Part shown: piece after piece, positions 51,034 to 61,066 of the stretch
How the letters are laid out: every line of letters starts with the position of its first letter
Position numbering within the stretch: the first letter of the stretch is position 1
From: Kordiimonadaceae bacterium UBA4441
GTDB lineage: Bacteria; Pseudomonadota; Alphaproteobacteria; Sphingomonadales; Emcibacteraceae
Direction: 5' to 3'
Assembly (NCBI GenBank): GCA_002390425.1
Contig: DGPL01000060.1
Coordinates: forward strand, 9,473 to 73,472
DNA length: 64,000 nt
Made by a program: the position numbers and the translations under genes
The notes under the pieces: model-generated
Seen by the model: only the letters and a program-made list of their open reading frames with translations
What the model was told of the DNA's origin: nothing
Databases searched by the model: none

Positions 51034-52839
51034 ATGACAGATTTATCGCACATAAGAAACTTTTCTATCGTAGCCCATATTGATCATGGGAAATCGACAC
51101 TTGCCGATCGCTTAATTCAATTCTGTGGCGGGTTAAGTGATCGGGATATGAAAGAACAAGTTTTAGACAATATGGATATTGAGCGTGAGCGCGGCATTAC
51201 CATTAAAGCACAAACCGTGCGATTGGAATATACGGCCAAAAACGGTGAACAGTATGTTCTTAACTTAATGGATACACCGGGACATGTGGATTTCTCATAT
51301 GAAGTCAGTCGATGTCTTTATGCCTGCGAGGGGTCTATTCTTGTGGTTGACGCGAGCCAAGGGGTTGAAGCACAAACTCTCGCTAATGTTTATCAGGCAA
51401 TAGATAATAACCATGAAATTGTTCCTGTTCTCAATAAAATCGATTTACCCGCAGCTGAGCCTGAGCAGGTTCGCGCACAAATAGAAGATGTGATCGGTAT
51501 AGATGCCTCTGGCGCCATTAGTGTTTCCGCTAAAACAGGTCTCGGCATTGAAGAACTGATGGAAAGTTTGGTTGAAGTACTTCCACCACCGATAGGAAAT
51601 GCAGATGCACCATTAAAAGCGCTACTTGTAGACAGTTGGTATGATACCTATCTCGGTGTGATGGTATTGGTACGCATTATTGACGGCAGGCTTAAAAAAG
51701 GAATGCGCGTCAAAATGATGCAAGCAGACACGGATCATTTAATTGATCGTGTTGGTGTGTTTAAACCAAAAGATATACTAGTGGATGAACTTGGCCCTGG
51801 CGAAGTTGGCTTCTTCACCGCATCTATTAAAGAAGTATCTCAAACACATGTCGGTGATACGGTAACAGAATTTAAGAACGAAACACCCGAAGCACTGCCT
51901 GGATTTAAACCTGTTCAAAGCGTTGTTTTTTGCGGCTTATTCCCCGCTGATGCCGCTGAATTCGAAGTATTAAGAGAAAGCATGCACAAATTACGCTTGA
52001 ATGATGCAAGTTTCGAATTTGAAACAGAAACGTCTGCGGCACTGGGATATGGTTTTCGCTGCGGTTTTCTCGGCATGCTCCACCTTGAAATTATTCAAGA
52101 ACGCCTCATTCGTGAATTTGATCTTGATATCATCACAACTTCACCAAGCGTTATATATAAACTCCATATGAATAAGGGCGACATTTCGGAACTACACAAT
52201 CCAGCAGATATGCCAGACCCAACCTTAATCGATCATATGGAAGAACCTTGGATCAGAGCAACCATCCTTGTCCCTGATGAATATCTAGGTGCCGTACTTA
52301 CCCTTTGTCAGGAAAAACGAGGCGAGCAAATTGAACTAACCTACGCGGGCAATCGCGCCATGGTCGTTTATCACTTGCCGCTTAACGAAGTGGTTTATGA
52401 TTTTTATGATAAATTAAAATCGATTACGCGAGGTTATGCCAGTTTCGACTATCAAATGAGCGAATACCGTGAAGGGGACTTGGTTAAACTATCCATTCTC
52501 GTAAATGGCGAGCCTGTTGATGCATTAAGTATGATGGTTCATAGAAGCCAAGCTGAATATCGCGGTCGTGCTTTATGTGAACGATTGAAAGATCTTATCC
52601 CGAGACAGCTTTTCAAAATTCCAATTCAAGCAGCGATCGGTGGCAAGGTTATTGCCCGTGAAACCATAAGCGCTATGCGTAAAGATGTGACCGCAAAATG
52701 TTATGGTGGCGATATCAGCCGTAAACGTAAACTTCTTGAAAAACAGAAGAAAGGTAAGAAAAAGATGCGTCAATACGGTAAGGTAGATATTCCACATGAA
52801 GCCTTCATCGCAGCCTTAAAAATGGGTGACGACAAATAA
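51034..52839 (+). CDS. lepA: Elongation factor 4 (LepA)
   Basis: 601 aa. [29 protein letters not shown] and the C-terminal LepA-specific domain. Confidence 0.97.
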   Translation: MTDLSHIRNFSIVAHIDHGKSTLADRLIQFCGGLSDRDMKEQVLDNMDIERERGITIKAQTVRLEYTAKNGEQYVLNLMDTPGHVDFSYEVSRCLYACEGSILVVDASQGVEAQTLANVYQAIDNNHEIVPVLNKIDLPAAEPEQVRAQIEDVIGIDASGAISVSAKTGLGIEELMESLVEVLPPPIGNADAPLKALLVDSWYDTYLGVMVLVRIIDGRLKKGMRVKMMQADTDHLIDRVGVFKPKDILVDELGPGEVGFFTASIKEVSQTHVGDTVTEFKNETPEALPGFKPVQSVVFCGLFPADAAEFEVLRESMHKLRLNDASFEFETETSAALGYGFRCGFLGMLHLEIIQERLIREFDLDIITTSPSVIYKLHMNKGDISELHNPADMPDPTLIDHMEEPWIRATILVPDEYLGAVLTLCQEKRGEQIELTYAGNRAMVVYHLPLNEVVYDFYDKLKSITRGYASFDYQMSEYREGDLVKLSILVNGEPVDALSMMVHRSQAEYRGRALCERLKDLIPRQLFKIPIQAAIGGKVIARETISAMRKDVTAKCYGGDISRKRKLLEKQKKGKKKMRQYGKVDIPHEAFIAALKMGDDK

Positions 52840-52860
52840 TTTCTTGAAACAATAAAAACA

Positions 52861-52896
52861 AAAAACCCGACTGAATATTTCAGTCGGGTTTTTTTG
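52861..52896. terminator. Bidirectional intrinsic terminator between lepA and rpmF
   Basis: AAAAACCCGACTGAA-TAT-TTCAGTCGGGTTTTTTT: an 11-bp perfect stem. Confidence 0.8.
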
Positions 52897-52917
52897 AAAT
52901 CTTTTTAAGCCTATTGA

Positions 52918-53103
52918 TTAATAATCGTCATTTGGCTCTAAAATTTGACGACCACGGTATTTACCTGTGCTTAGGTCAATGTGGTGACGACGACGAAGTT
53001 CGCCGCTTTCTTGATCTTCCACATATGTGTCAACACTTAAGCTATCGTGTGAACGACGGTTGCCACGGCGGTGTGGTGATACTTTTCTTTTTGGAACTGC
53101 CAT
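52918..53103 (-). CDS. rpmF: 50S ribosomal protein L32
   Basis: [19 protein letters not shown] is canonical. Confidence 0.93.
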   Translation of the reverse strand: MAVPKRKVSPHRRGNRRSHDSLSVDTYVEDQESGELRRRHHIDLSTGKYRGRQILEPNDDY

Positions 53104-53244
53104 TTTATTTTCCTAATATCTTAAAAGACCGCATTGAAGGGTCTTGAATCTCAAAAACAGTGTCTTATCGTTAAACTTCGCCCTAATGTCAAGCATTTCT
53201 TGGATATTGCGCTGAATAATAAAGAGAATGTACGTGATAAACCA

Positions 53245-53514
53245 TCAATTCCGCTTTCTAAAGAGAATTGTGAGCATAACCCAGATATAAAGAAAGAAAA
53301 AAATAGCTTCAAATCCAATAACCGGCGATAAATATTCTGCCCAAGTCTTATCTCCTTTATCCGATTCTATTTGATGATTTTGAATAAAGTCTAGAATATC
53401 TGAAACCAATAAAAGATTGCGCTGTCCACCCTCTAAATACCGAAGCCCTTCAGCACCGAAAACCATCATCAAAAGGCAGAGCGACAAATACCCTAATACT
53501 CTACCAATAATCAT
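53245..53514 (-). CDS. Small two-helix membrane protein, hypothetical
   Basis: 89-aa ORF with hydrophobic N- and C-terminal segments. No family recognised. Confidence 0.4.
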   Translation of the reverse strand: MIIGRVLGYLSLCLLMMVFGAEGLRYLEGGQRNLLLVSDILDFIQNHQIESDKGDKTWAEYLSPVIGFEAIFFFLYIWVMLTILFRKRN

Positions 53515-53653
53515 AAGCTCTCCTATTTTTAAGCTAACTTATCTTGCCTTTATGGCAATTAAAAGTCAGAAAATCGGAAAACCATCTAAAAATTAATCTC
53601 TTTACTTGCGTCATTTAGAAAGAACGCTATATTGCGGCCATCAATACGTTTAA

Positions 53654-53743
53654 GGAGAGGTGGCCGAGTGGTTTAAGGCGCCCGCTTGGAAAGCGTGTAA
53701 AGGTGCAAGCCTTTCGAGGGTTCGAATCCCTTCCTCTCCTCCA
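53654..53743 (+). tRNA. tRNA-Ser (anticodon GGA)
   Basis: GGAGAGGTGGCCGAGTGG...CTTGGAAAG...long variable arm AAAGG-TGCAAG-CCTTT...GGTTCGAATCCCTTCCTCTCCTCCA. Class II cloverleaf with one mismatch in the anticodon stem; CCA is encoded. Confidence 0.9.
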
Positions 53744-53790
53744 TTAATCTTGATAACTATCTATCATTAAATGATAAACATCCTATATTA

Positions 53791-53812
53791 TTGCACTTAA
53801 TTGCAAGACTGT
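53791..53812. repeat. Copy a of the TTGCAC-N4-(G/T)TGCAA palindromic motif, with shared flank GACTGT
   Basis: TTGCACTTAATTGCAAGACTGT. It matches copy c (55830-55851) at 21 of 22 positions. Lies 32 nt upstream of the integrase ATG. Confidence 0.8.
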
Positions 53813-53843
53813 CACACAAATGTGCACACAAATTGGTGCAATA

Positions 53844-55562
53844 ATGGGGCGCTTCCTAAAAACCACCACACCTTATCTATATTCAAAAGATGGTATTTTT
53901 TATTACCGAAGAAGACTTCCTACCAATTATGCTAAACACTTAAACCTCTCAGAAGTTCGACGGTCACTAAGAACTGGAAATATTGAGGAAGCTAGATTAA
54001 AGTGTGCATACGTAGACATTCGGCTTAAGGGAATTATAGGGGAAACCGAACAATTGCTTCTTAAAAACGTAACACCATCAGCATTAAAAATTGCTAGAGA
54101 TTATTTCGAAAACGAACTCGAAGATCTTATGGATACGGTTGAGTTCGCCCCAAGCCTAGATGATGATTTTAATCCCGGGTTCGAAGCATCTGATTTACCA
54201 GAAGCGATCAAGAGCTACCAACAAATGGCTGTGTTACAACAGTTCTCGCCTGCCCTGTCTTACGACATTGATCAAAGTTTTGAGCGGGAAGGCAGAGACA
54301 TTCCACCTGTTAACAGTGATAGGTATAGAGAAGTCGGCGTACTGATAGCCAGAGCGAAAGCTGAAATTCTTAGAATTTATAATAATCATCTTCTTGGCCT
54401 TCACAACAAAACCAGCGTTGAAGACCCTTTCTTCATTCCTGCAAAGGATGTCATCTATTATTCAAACCCCAACTTGGAAGAGATCACCCTTGAAGTAGCC
54501 ATAAAAAGACATCAAAGGCAGAAAAGAGAAGAAGTGGCCATTGGGACGCACCAAGACTATGAAAGAGTATTTAAATGGATGCTTGAGTGGTTTGGTGAAG
54601 AAACAATTCTTCAGTCAGTCAACATCACTCAAATCCGAAACTTCAAGAATACGTTAATGGAGATGCCAAAAAATTATAAGAAGCTTAAAAAATACAGAAA
54701 CTTGGATATTCGAAAGGTTGTGGATAAGAGCAAGAAATTCAAGAATGTTGAGCTGGCCAGCTACAAGACACAACACAAATACTTTTCTTTGATGAAATCA
54801 TTCTTTCAGTGGACCATCAACGAGGGGTACTTGGAAGCCTCACCTGCTGCCAACATTAAGATGCCAAAACGAAAGAAGGACCCAACAAGCGTCATTAGAA
54901 AGCCATTTACACGTGAGGAACTAGAAACGTTGTTACACTCTCCTTTGTTTTCTGGTTATGCGAGCGTCAGCAGACGTTACATTGAAGGCCGGAACAAAAA
55001 GCAATTAGCAGATTATTGGGTGTGGCTACTAGGCTTGTTTGCTGGCTTAAGAGTAAAGGAGATCGTCCTACTACATCGCCGAGACATCATCGAACAGGAC
55101 GGCATACTTTGTATTAGTGTTAATGATGATCATGGAAAAGGGATTAAAACGGATGCAGGCAGTCGGTTAGTTCCAATTCACAGTACACTTCTCGATCTCG
55201 GATTTATGGACTGGGTGCACAAGACTACTAGAAATAGGCCCAACAAATATGTTTTCCCTATGCTCATCTCAGAAAGTGATAAAGACCCAAGCAAACGAGC
55301 GACACGTCGGACGACACCTTACCTTCGTAAAATAGGTATCGAAGACCCTAGCAAAGTCTTTCATAGCACGAGGCATACCTTTAGCGATGAACTACGAAAT
55401 AGCAATTTAGAATATTATAGTATCAAGAAACTGATGGGTCACAGTAGCTCGGATGTTACATCAATCTACGGCACAGGCGCATCCATATCGATGTTAAAAG
55501 AATATATAGATAAATGCTACGGCGATGTCGACTTCGCTCACCTCAAACAGATGAGATTGTAG
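53844..55562 (+). CDS. Tyrosine site-specific recombinase (phage-type integrase)
   Basis: C-terminal catalytic residues (GLRVKEI, HSTRHTF, LMGHSS, TSIYG). N-terminus MGRFLKTTTPYLYSKDGIFYYRRRLP. The listed ORF starts at 53820. Confidence 0.9.
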   Translation: MGRFLKTTTPYLYSKDGIFYYRRRLPTNYAKHLNLSEVRRSLRTGNIEEARLKCAYVDIRLKGIIGETEQLLLKNVTPSALKIARDYFENELEDLMDTVEFAPSLDDDFNPGFEASDLPEAIKSYQQMAVLQQFSPALSYDIDQSFEREGRDIPPVNSDRYREVGVLIARAKAEILRIYNNHLLGLHNKTSVEDPFFIPAKDVIYYSNPNLEEITLEVAIKRHQRQKREEVAIGTHQDYERVFKWMLEWFGEETILQSVNITQIRNFKNTLMEMPKNYKKLKKYRNLDIRKVVDKSKKFKNVELASYKTQHKYFSLMKSFFQWTINEGYLEASPAANIKMPKRKKDPTSVIRKPFTREELETLLHSPLFSGYASVSRRYIEGRNKKQLADYWVWLLGLFAGLRVKEIVLLHRRDIIEQDGILCISVNDDHGKGIKTDAGSRLVPIHSTLLDLGFMDWVHKTTRNRPNKYVFPMLISESDKDPSKRATRRTTPYLRKIGIEDPSKVFHSTRHTFSDELRNSNLEYYSIKKLMGHSSSDVTSIYGTGASISMLKEYIDKCYGDVDFAHLKQMRL

Positions 55563-55563
55563 T

Positions 55564-55579
55564 TTGCACTTAATTGCAA
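55564..55579. repeat. Copy b of the palindromic motif (TTGCACTTAATTGCAA)
   Basis: Starts 2 nt after the integrase stop. Shares the 5' flank TAGT with copy d. Confidence 0.8.
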
Positions 55580-55829
55580 ATACATCCGAAATACACCCTA
55601 AAATATCCAATTTAGGTGGACGCACTTTTTAGAAAACAGAATGGCAGTATTCAGCCAATTTCCATATCAAGGGTGGACGGAATAAGCGTCCACTTTAACG
55701 GATTTTTATACTGTACATAATATTATCATTTTGCGCAGTCATCAGTCATTTAAATCTGACCCAGAATAATTAAGCCCTTTCGATAAACTAACATTATCGA
55801 AAGGGTAAGAGCTCAATAGTCCAAAAAAT

Positions 55830-55851
55830 TTGCACATAATTGCAAGACTGT
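55830..55851. repeat. Copy c of the palindromic motif (TTGCACATAATTGCAAGACTGT)
   Basis: Direct repeat of copy a. Confidence 0.8.
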
Positions 55852-55864
55852 ACCACTGACTAGT

Positions 55865-55880
55865 TTGCACTTAAGTGCAA
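55865..55880. repeat. Copy d: perfect 16-bp palindrome TTGCACTTAAGTGCAA
   Basis: The sequence is its own reverse complement. It lies 13 nt after copy c. Confidence 0.85.
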
Positions 55881-55940
55881 GAATTGGTGACTAATCTTAA
55901 TGACTACTAACGACCCAAAGCGGACATTCACAATACATCC

Positions 55941-58900
55941 TTACAAACTCCTCTTACGCCATAAATAATAAATCACTGGCACGACAAGCAAGGTAAGTAC
56001 CATGGCGCTTACCATTCCACCAACCATCGGGGTTGCAATTCTACTCATTACTTCTGACCCTGTTCCAGTGGCAAATAGAATAGGAAGTAAGCCAACGATC
56101 ACAGAACCTGCTGTCATCATCACAGGGCGGATGCGCATGCCTGCGCCGTGTAATACCGCTTCTAATAAGTCTTGTTCAGTTGGATTGGATTTATCATCTA
56201 GCATTTGACGGTATGACTGATTGAGGTAAACCAGCATAATCACGCCGATTTCAACTGCGACCCCTGCAAGGGCAATGAAGCCCACAGCCACGGCAATGGA
56301 GAAATTGTATCCTTGCAAGTACATCAGCCAGATACTCCCCACGAGAGCGAGCGGCAGCGTTCCCATAATGATGGCCACTTCCACAAAGTTTCTAAAGTTC
56401 ATGAAGAGCAGAATAACAATAATCGCCAGTGTTAAAGGAATGACATAGGTCAGTTTTTCTTCAGCACGAAGCATATATTCATACTGACCTGACCAATTGA
56501 TGGAATATCCAGTTGGCAGTTCAAGTTGGTTTCGCACAGCTTCTTGTGCTGCTTCAACGTAACTGCCCACATCCACATCTGCTATATCAATGAAAACCCA
56601 GCCATTAATACGGGCGTTTTCACTTTTAATACCCGGTGGTCCGTCCTCAATATAAATGTTTGCCACATCGCCAAGGGCAATACGTTGCCCGCTTGGTGTC
56701 ACCAGCGGAAGCAATGAAAGCTGTTCTGGTCCATCACGGTAATCCTGCGGATAACGAATATTAACCGGATAACGCTCCAGCCCTTCCACGGTTTGGGTGA
56801 CATTCATTCCTCCGATTGCGGTGGCGATCACTTGCTGAACATCAGCGATATTAAGTCCGTATCTTGCAGAACTGGCACGATCAATATCAATTTTGATATA
56901 ACGCCCACCTGCAACACGTTCCGCATATACGGACGCAGTGCCTGTTACCGTTGGCAGGATGGTTTCAAGCTGTCTTCCAATGTCTTCAATTACTGAAAGC
57001 TCAGGTCCTGCGATTTTAATCCCCACAGGAGTTTTGATACCGGTTGCCAGCATATCAATACGCGTTTTAATCGGCATCACCCATGCATTTGTAACACCCG
57101 GAAGTTTCACAAGCGCATCAAGTTCATCAATGATGTCCTGTGTGGTTAAGCCTTCTCGCCACTGGTCACGAGGTTTCATTTTAATGAAACTTTCGATCAT
57201 GGTGAGTGGTGCAGGATCGGTCGCCGTTTCAGCGCGTCCGATTTTGCCCATGACCAGTTCCACTTCTGGAATGGTACGGATAAGCTTATCGGTTTGCTGT
57301 AATAATTCCCTCGCTTTACCTATGGAAATGCCGGGATAAGTGGTCGGCATATACATCAAGTCTCCTTCATCAAGCGGGGGGATAAATTCACTACCGATTT
57401 TATCCACGGGCCAGAAGCCAGCTACAAGAATAACAACAGCCATGCCGAGGGTAATCTTTGGAAACTTCAGCACTGCTTTTAGTGAAGGCATATAAATATT
57501 CGTGAGGAAACGGTTCACTGGGTTTTTATGTTCCGGCATCACCTTTCCACGAATAAAATATCCCATCAACACGGGGACCAAGGTTACCGCAAGGGCTGCT
57601 GCCGCTGCCATGGCATATGTTTTTGTAAAGGCCAGTGGCGAGAACATGCGTCCTTCCTGTGCTTCCAAAGTGAAGACGGGAATAAAGCTCACGGTAATAA
57701 TAAGAAGCGTGAAGAATAAAGCTGGCCCCACTTCGGCGGAGGCTTTTGCGACAATCTTCCATCTGTTCTCATTGGTAAGCGGTGTTTTTTCCATATGCTT
57801 GTGCATATTTTCGATCAGCACAATGGAGCCATCAATCATGGCACCAATGGCAATAGCAATACCACCGAGCGACATGATGTTTGCGTTTAATCCTTGCAAC
57901 CACATCACGATGAATGCGGTAAGAATACCTACCAGCATACTGACGATCACTACGATAGAGGAACGTATGTGAAACAGGAAGATCACGCAAACAAGTGCGA
58001 CAATGACAAACTCCTCAAGGAGCTTCTCCCAAAGGTTATCAACGGCACGGTCGATCAAGTCACTTCTGTCATATACTGTAACGATCTCCACCCCGTTGGG
58101 TAGGCCTTGTTTTAACTGTTCAAGCTTTTCTTTTACGCCATCAATGGTTTCTTGGGCATTTTCACCGTAGCGCATAACGATGATGCCGCCCACGGTTTCA
58201 CCTTCACCGTTTAAATCAGCAATGCCGCGACGCATTTGTGGCCCGGTACCAATTTCCGCAACGTCTTTTAACATTAACGGCGTACCATTTTCATTGACGC
58301 CAAGCGGAATAGTGGCGAGGTCCTGTTCATTTTGGATATAGCCCGTAGCGCGGATCATATATTCCGCTTCTGCCATTTCGATAACGGAAGCACCGATTTC
58401 CTGATTGCCACGCTGAATGGACATCTGAACATGGGAAAGCGGCACACCAAAGGCCCTTAATTTATCAGGGTCAATTTTGACCTGATATTGTTTGACCATG
58501 CCGCCAAGCGGCGCAACTTCCGAAACGCCATCAACGGTTTGAAGTTCAAATTTTAAAAACCAGTCTTGTAAGGAACGAAGCTGGCTAATATCGTGCTGTC
58601 CCGTACGGTCAATCAAGGCATAAAGATATACCCAACCAACACCCGTTGCATCAGGGCCAAGCTTCAAATTGGCACTAGGTGGAAGCGTTGGCGCCACTTG
58701 CGATAGATATTCAAGAACGCGGCTGCGCGCCCAATATATGTCCGTATCATCATCAAAAATGACATAAACATAGCTATCCCCGAAAAAGGAATAACCACGA
58801 ACAGTTTGCGCACCCGGCACAGATAACATGGCAGTGGTGAGCGGATAGGTTATCTGATCCTCAACAACTTGCGGTGCTTGACCGGGATAACTGGTTTTAA

Positions 58901-59045
58901 TGATCACCTGAACATCAGAGAGATCGGGTATGGCATCAATTGGCGTATTTTTAACGGCATATAGTCCTGCCGCCACCAGCATCGCTGTAGCAAGCAAAAC
59001 AAAGAAGCGATTATAGACAGACCAATGTATGATTGATTTAATCAT
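55941..59045 (-). CDS. cusA: Heavy-metal efflux RND pump, CusA type (Cu/Ag)
   Basis: 1034 aa with 12-TM RND architecture. The EGDLMYMPTTYPGIS segment is typical of CusA. Confidence 0.9.
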   Translation of the reverse strand: MIKSIIHWSVYNRFFVLLATAMLVAAGLYAVKNTPIDAIPDLSDVQVIIKTSYPGQAPQVVEDQITYPLTTAMLSVPGAQTVRGYSFFGDSYVYVIFDDDTDIYWARSRVLEYLSQVAPTLPPSANLKLGPDATGVGWVYLYALIDRTGQHDISQLRSLQDWFLKFELQTVDGVSEVAPLGGMVKQYQVKIDPDKLRAFGVPLSHVQMSIQRGNQEIGASVIEMAEAEYMIRATGYIQNEQDLATIPLGVNENGTPLMLKDVAEIGTGPQMRRGIADLNGEGETVGGIIVMRYGENAQETIDGVKEKLEQLKQGLPNGVEIVTVYDRSDLIDRAVDNLWEKLLEEFVIVALVCVIFLFHIRSSIVVIVSMLVGILTAFIVMWLQGLNANIMSLGGIAIAIGAMIDGSIVLIENMHKHMEKTPLTNENRWKIVAKASAEVGPALFFTLLIITVSFIPVFTLEAQEGRMFSPLAFTKTYAMAAAAALAVTLVPVLMGYFIRGKVMPEHKNPVNRFLTNIYMPSLKAVLKFPKITLGMAVVILVAGFWPVDKIGSEFIPPLDEGDLMYMPTTYPGISIGKARELLQQTDKLIRTIPEVELVMGKIGRAETATDPAPLTMIESFIKMKPRDQWREGLTTQDIIDELDALVKLPGVTNAWVMPIKTRIDMLATGIKTPVGIKIAGPELSVIEDIGRQLETILPTVTGTASVYAERVAGGRYIKIDIDRASSARYGLNIADVQQVIATAIGGMNVTQTVEGLERYPVNIRYPQDYRDGPEQLSLLPLVTPSGQRIALGDVANIYIEDGPPGIKSENARINGWVFIDIADVDVGSYVEAAQEAVRNQLELPTGYSINWSGQYEYMLRAEEKLTYVIPLTLAIIVILLFMNFRNFVEVAIIMGTLPLALVGSIWLMYLQGYNFSIAVAVGFIALAGVAVEIGVIMLVYLNQSYRQMLDDKSNPTEQDLLEAVLHGAGMRIRPVMMTAGSVIVGLLPILFATGTGSEVMSRIATPMVGGMVSAMVLTLLVVPVIYYLWRKRSL

Positions 59046-59053
59046 GATTAATC

Positions 59054-61066
59054 CTACTCAGCAGGTTTCGGTCTAATGTGGGTCACTTCAAATACGCCTT
59101 CGCTTGGCATATGAACGATGATCTGAACGTCTGAACCTTCAACCATTGAAGACATGTCAACATAAGGCGCAATGGTGAAATCCATGGTCATGGCCATCAT
59201 GCCAATGTTTTTAATGGCAGCATGTTTGAAGTTCGCTTTTCTGTTTTCAATATCAACGCTGTTTAGGGTTGCGTCAGTCCAGTGAACAGGGTTGGCAACG
59301 GCAATATCTGTAATTGTAAACTCACCTTCGCCTGTCATGGTAACTTCAATGGGTAGGCTCAACTCTTCAGATAGAAGAGACATATCCACATCATCAGCCA
59401 CGCCAAAACCCATGGTCATCGCCATCATTGGAATTTCTTTAATGGCACCATGGGATACATTTACTTTACGTGCATCAACATCAATGCTGTTGATTTTCCC
59501 AGTGGTCCATCCACCTTTTTGTTCAAAGGCACTCTCCATATCATGTCCCATGGCTGCATGATCCATCTGTGAATGAACCATTTCCTGATCATCCATTTTC
59601 ACATCTGTGATTTCATACATGGGGCCATCGCCTTTACTGACCTCAACTTCTAACGTCATGCCTGCCTCTAATGTGTTAATGTCCACACCGTCAACGACCA
59701 CAAAGTTCATGGTCATGCCCATCATGTTAAACGCTTCAATACGTTCATGGGACAGGTTAACCGTTCCCTTTTCAAGATCGATTTCATTAATGGTGCCGGA
59801 AGTCCAACCTGATGTTGGCCCTTCGTTCATTTCGTCACCATGATCCATACGTTTGAAATCGGATGCTTTACTGCTCTCACTATCAAGCAGGAACTGCGCT
59901 GATACGACAACGCGCTCACCCGCATCAATACCGGAAAGGATTTCAAAATATTGATCATCAACGCGTCCCACATCTACTGCAACGGATTTAAAGCTGCCTT
60001 CATCAAGGGCGAGAACCACGCGGTCATTATCACCGGTTCTAATCACGGCGTCTTTTGGCACAATAAGGCTTTCGCTATTCGCTTGAGGATCAAGCTCCAC
60101 TTGGGCAAACATGTTTGGCTTTAAGATGCCATCCTGATTATCAAAACGTAGCCTTACTTTCATGGTGCGCGTCATGTCATCAAGTGCTGGCTGAATATAA
60201 TCAACCTGACCTTGCCATTCTTCGCCGGGCAGATAATCCACGGTCATTGAAACGGGGATGCCTTGTTCCACAAGTGATGCTTGGCTTTCAAAAACTTCGG
60301 CCTCAACCCATACTTGATCAAGGTTTCCGATAGACATCATGGTTGTGCCGGGCTTAACGAAGAAACCCTGACGAATGTTTAAGTTATCGACGACACCTGA
60401 TTTTGGGGCGTAAAAGGTGACTGTCTGTTGAATTTGTTTGGTTTCCTTAAGAACAGCAATGGCATTTTCCGGCAGTTGGAGTGCTTTAAGCCTGTCTTCG
60501 GATGCTCTGATCAATTGACCATTGTTACGCCCAAGGGCAACAACCATCTCTTCTTGTGCATTGACCAAGGTTGGTGAATATATTTCATAAAGCGGTTGGC
60601 CTTCTTCCACAGGGTCACCGGACGATTTCACATAAAGCTGTTCAACCCATCCTTCAACGCGGGGGTGGATATGAACAAGCTGATCTTCGTCATAACCGAC
60701 ATAGCCGACCGTTTTGATTGTGGAACTCATTTCTTTTCGCTGTGCCGTAAAGGTGCGAACACCGAGGTTATTTACAACATCCGGTGAAATCCGGATCGTA
60801 CCCGGCCCTTCATCAGGACCGCCACTTGCACCTTCTGCGTATACAGGGACAAGGTCCATTCCCATCGGAGATAGACCCGGCTCATCTCGGCGATAATTAG
60901 CATCCATTGGGGCAACCCAGTAAAGCGGTTTTTTCTCAGCAGGTTCGCCCGCACCGTCACTACCCGCAGAAGGGTCAAGAACGAATGAGTAAACCATGAC
61001 GGTTAATGCTGATCCTGCAACGGCGGCTAAGATTGGTTTAAGGGCTTTATTTTCTTTGATACTCAT
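59054..61066 (-). CDS. cusB: CusB-type periplasmic adaptor fused to three tandem CusF-like metallochaperone domains
   Basis: The N-terminus YWVAPMDANYRRDEPGLSPMGMDLVPVY and the barrel-sandwich/beta-barrel core are CusB-like. Residues ~419-666 hold three repeats of ~70 aa, each with SH-x7/8-MM(G/A)MTM(N/G/D)F. Confidence 0.85.
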   Translation of the reverse strand: MSIKENKALKPILAAVAGSALTVMVYSFVLDPSAGSDGAGEPAEKKPLYWVAPMDANYRRDEPGLSPMGMDLVPVYAEGASGGPDEGPGTIRISPDVVNNLGVRTFTAQRKEMSSTIKTVGYVGYDEDQLVHIHPRVEGWVEQLYVKSSGDPVEEGQPLYEIYSPTLVNAQEEMVVALGRNNGQLIRASEDRLKALQLPENAIAVLKETKQIQQTVTFYAPKSGVVDNLNIRQGFFVKPGTTMMSIGNLDQVWVEAEVFESQASLVEQGIPVSMTVDYLPGEEWQGQVDYIQPALDDMTRTMKVRLRFDNQDGILKPNMFAQVELDPQANSESLIVPKDAVIRTGDNDRVVLALDEGSFKSVAVDVGRVDDQYFEILSGIDAGERVVVSAQFLLDSESSKASDFKRMDHGDEMNEGPTSGWTSGTINEIDLEKGTVNLSHERIEAFNMMGMTMNFVVVDGVDINTLEAGMTLEVEVSKGDGPMYEITDVKMDDQEMVHSQMDHAAMGHDMESAFEQKGGWTTGKINSIDVDARKVNVSHGAIKEIPMMAMTMGFGVADDVDMSLLSEELSLPIEVTMTGEGEFTITDIAVANPVHWTDATLNSVDIENRKANFKHAAIKNIGMMAMTMDFTIAPYVDMSSMVEGSDVQIIVHMPSEGVFEVTHIRPKPAE

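Noticed and set aside
56002-58103. Several 60-156-aa ORFs on the + strand inside cusA (56002-56208, 56938-57339, 57502-57972, 57894-58103 and others).
   Set aside because: They are antisense frames of a long, confidently identified RND pump gene. They have no motifs or translation signals.
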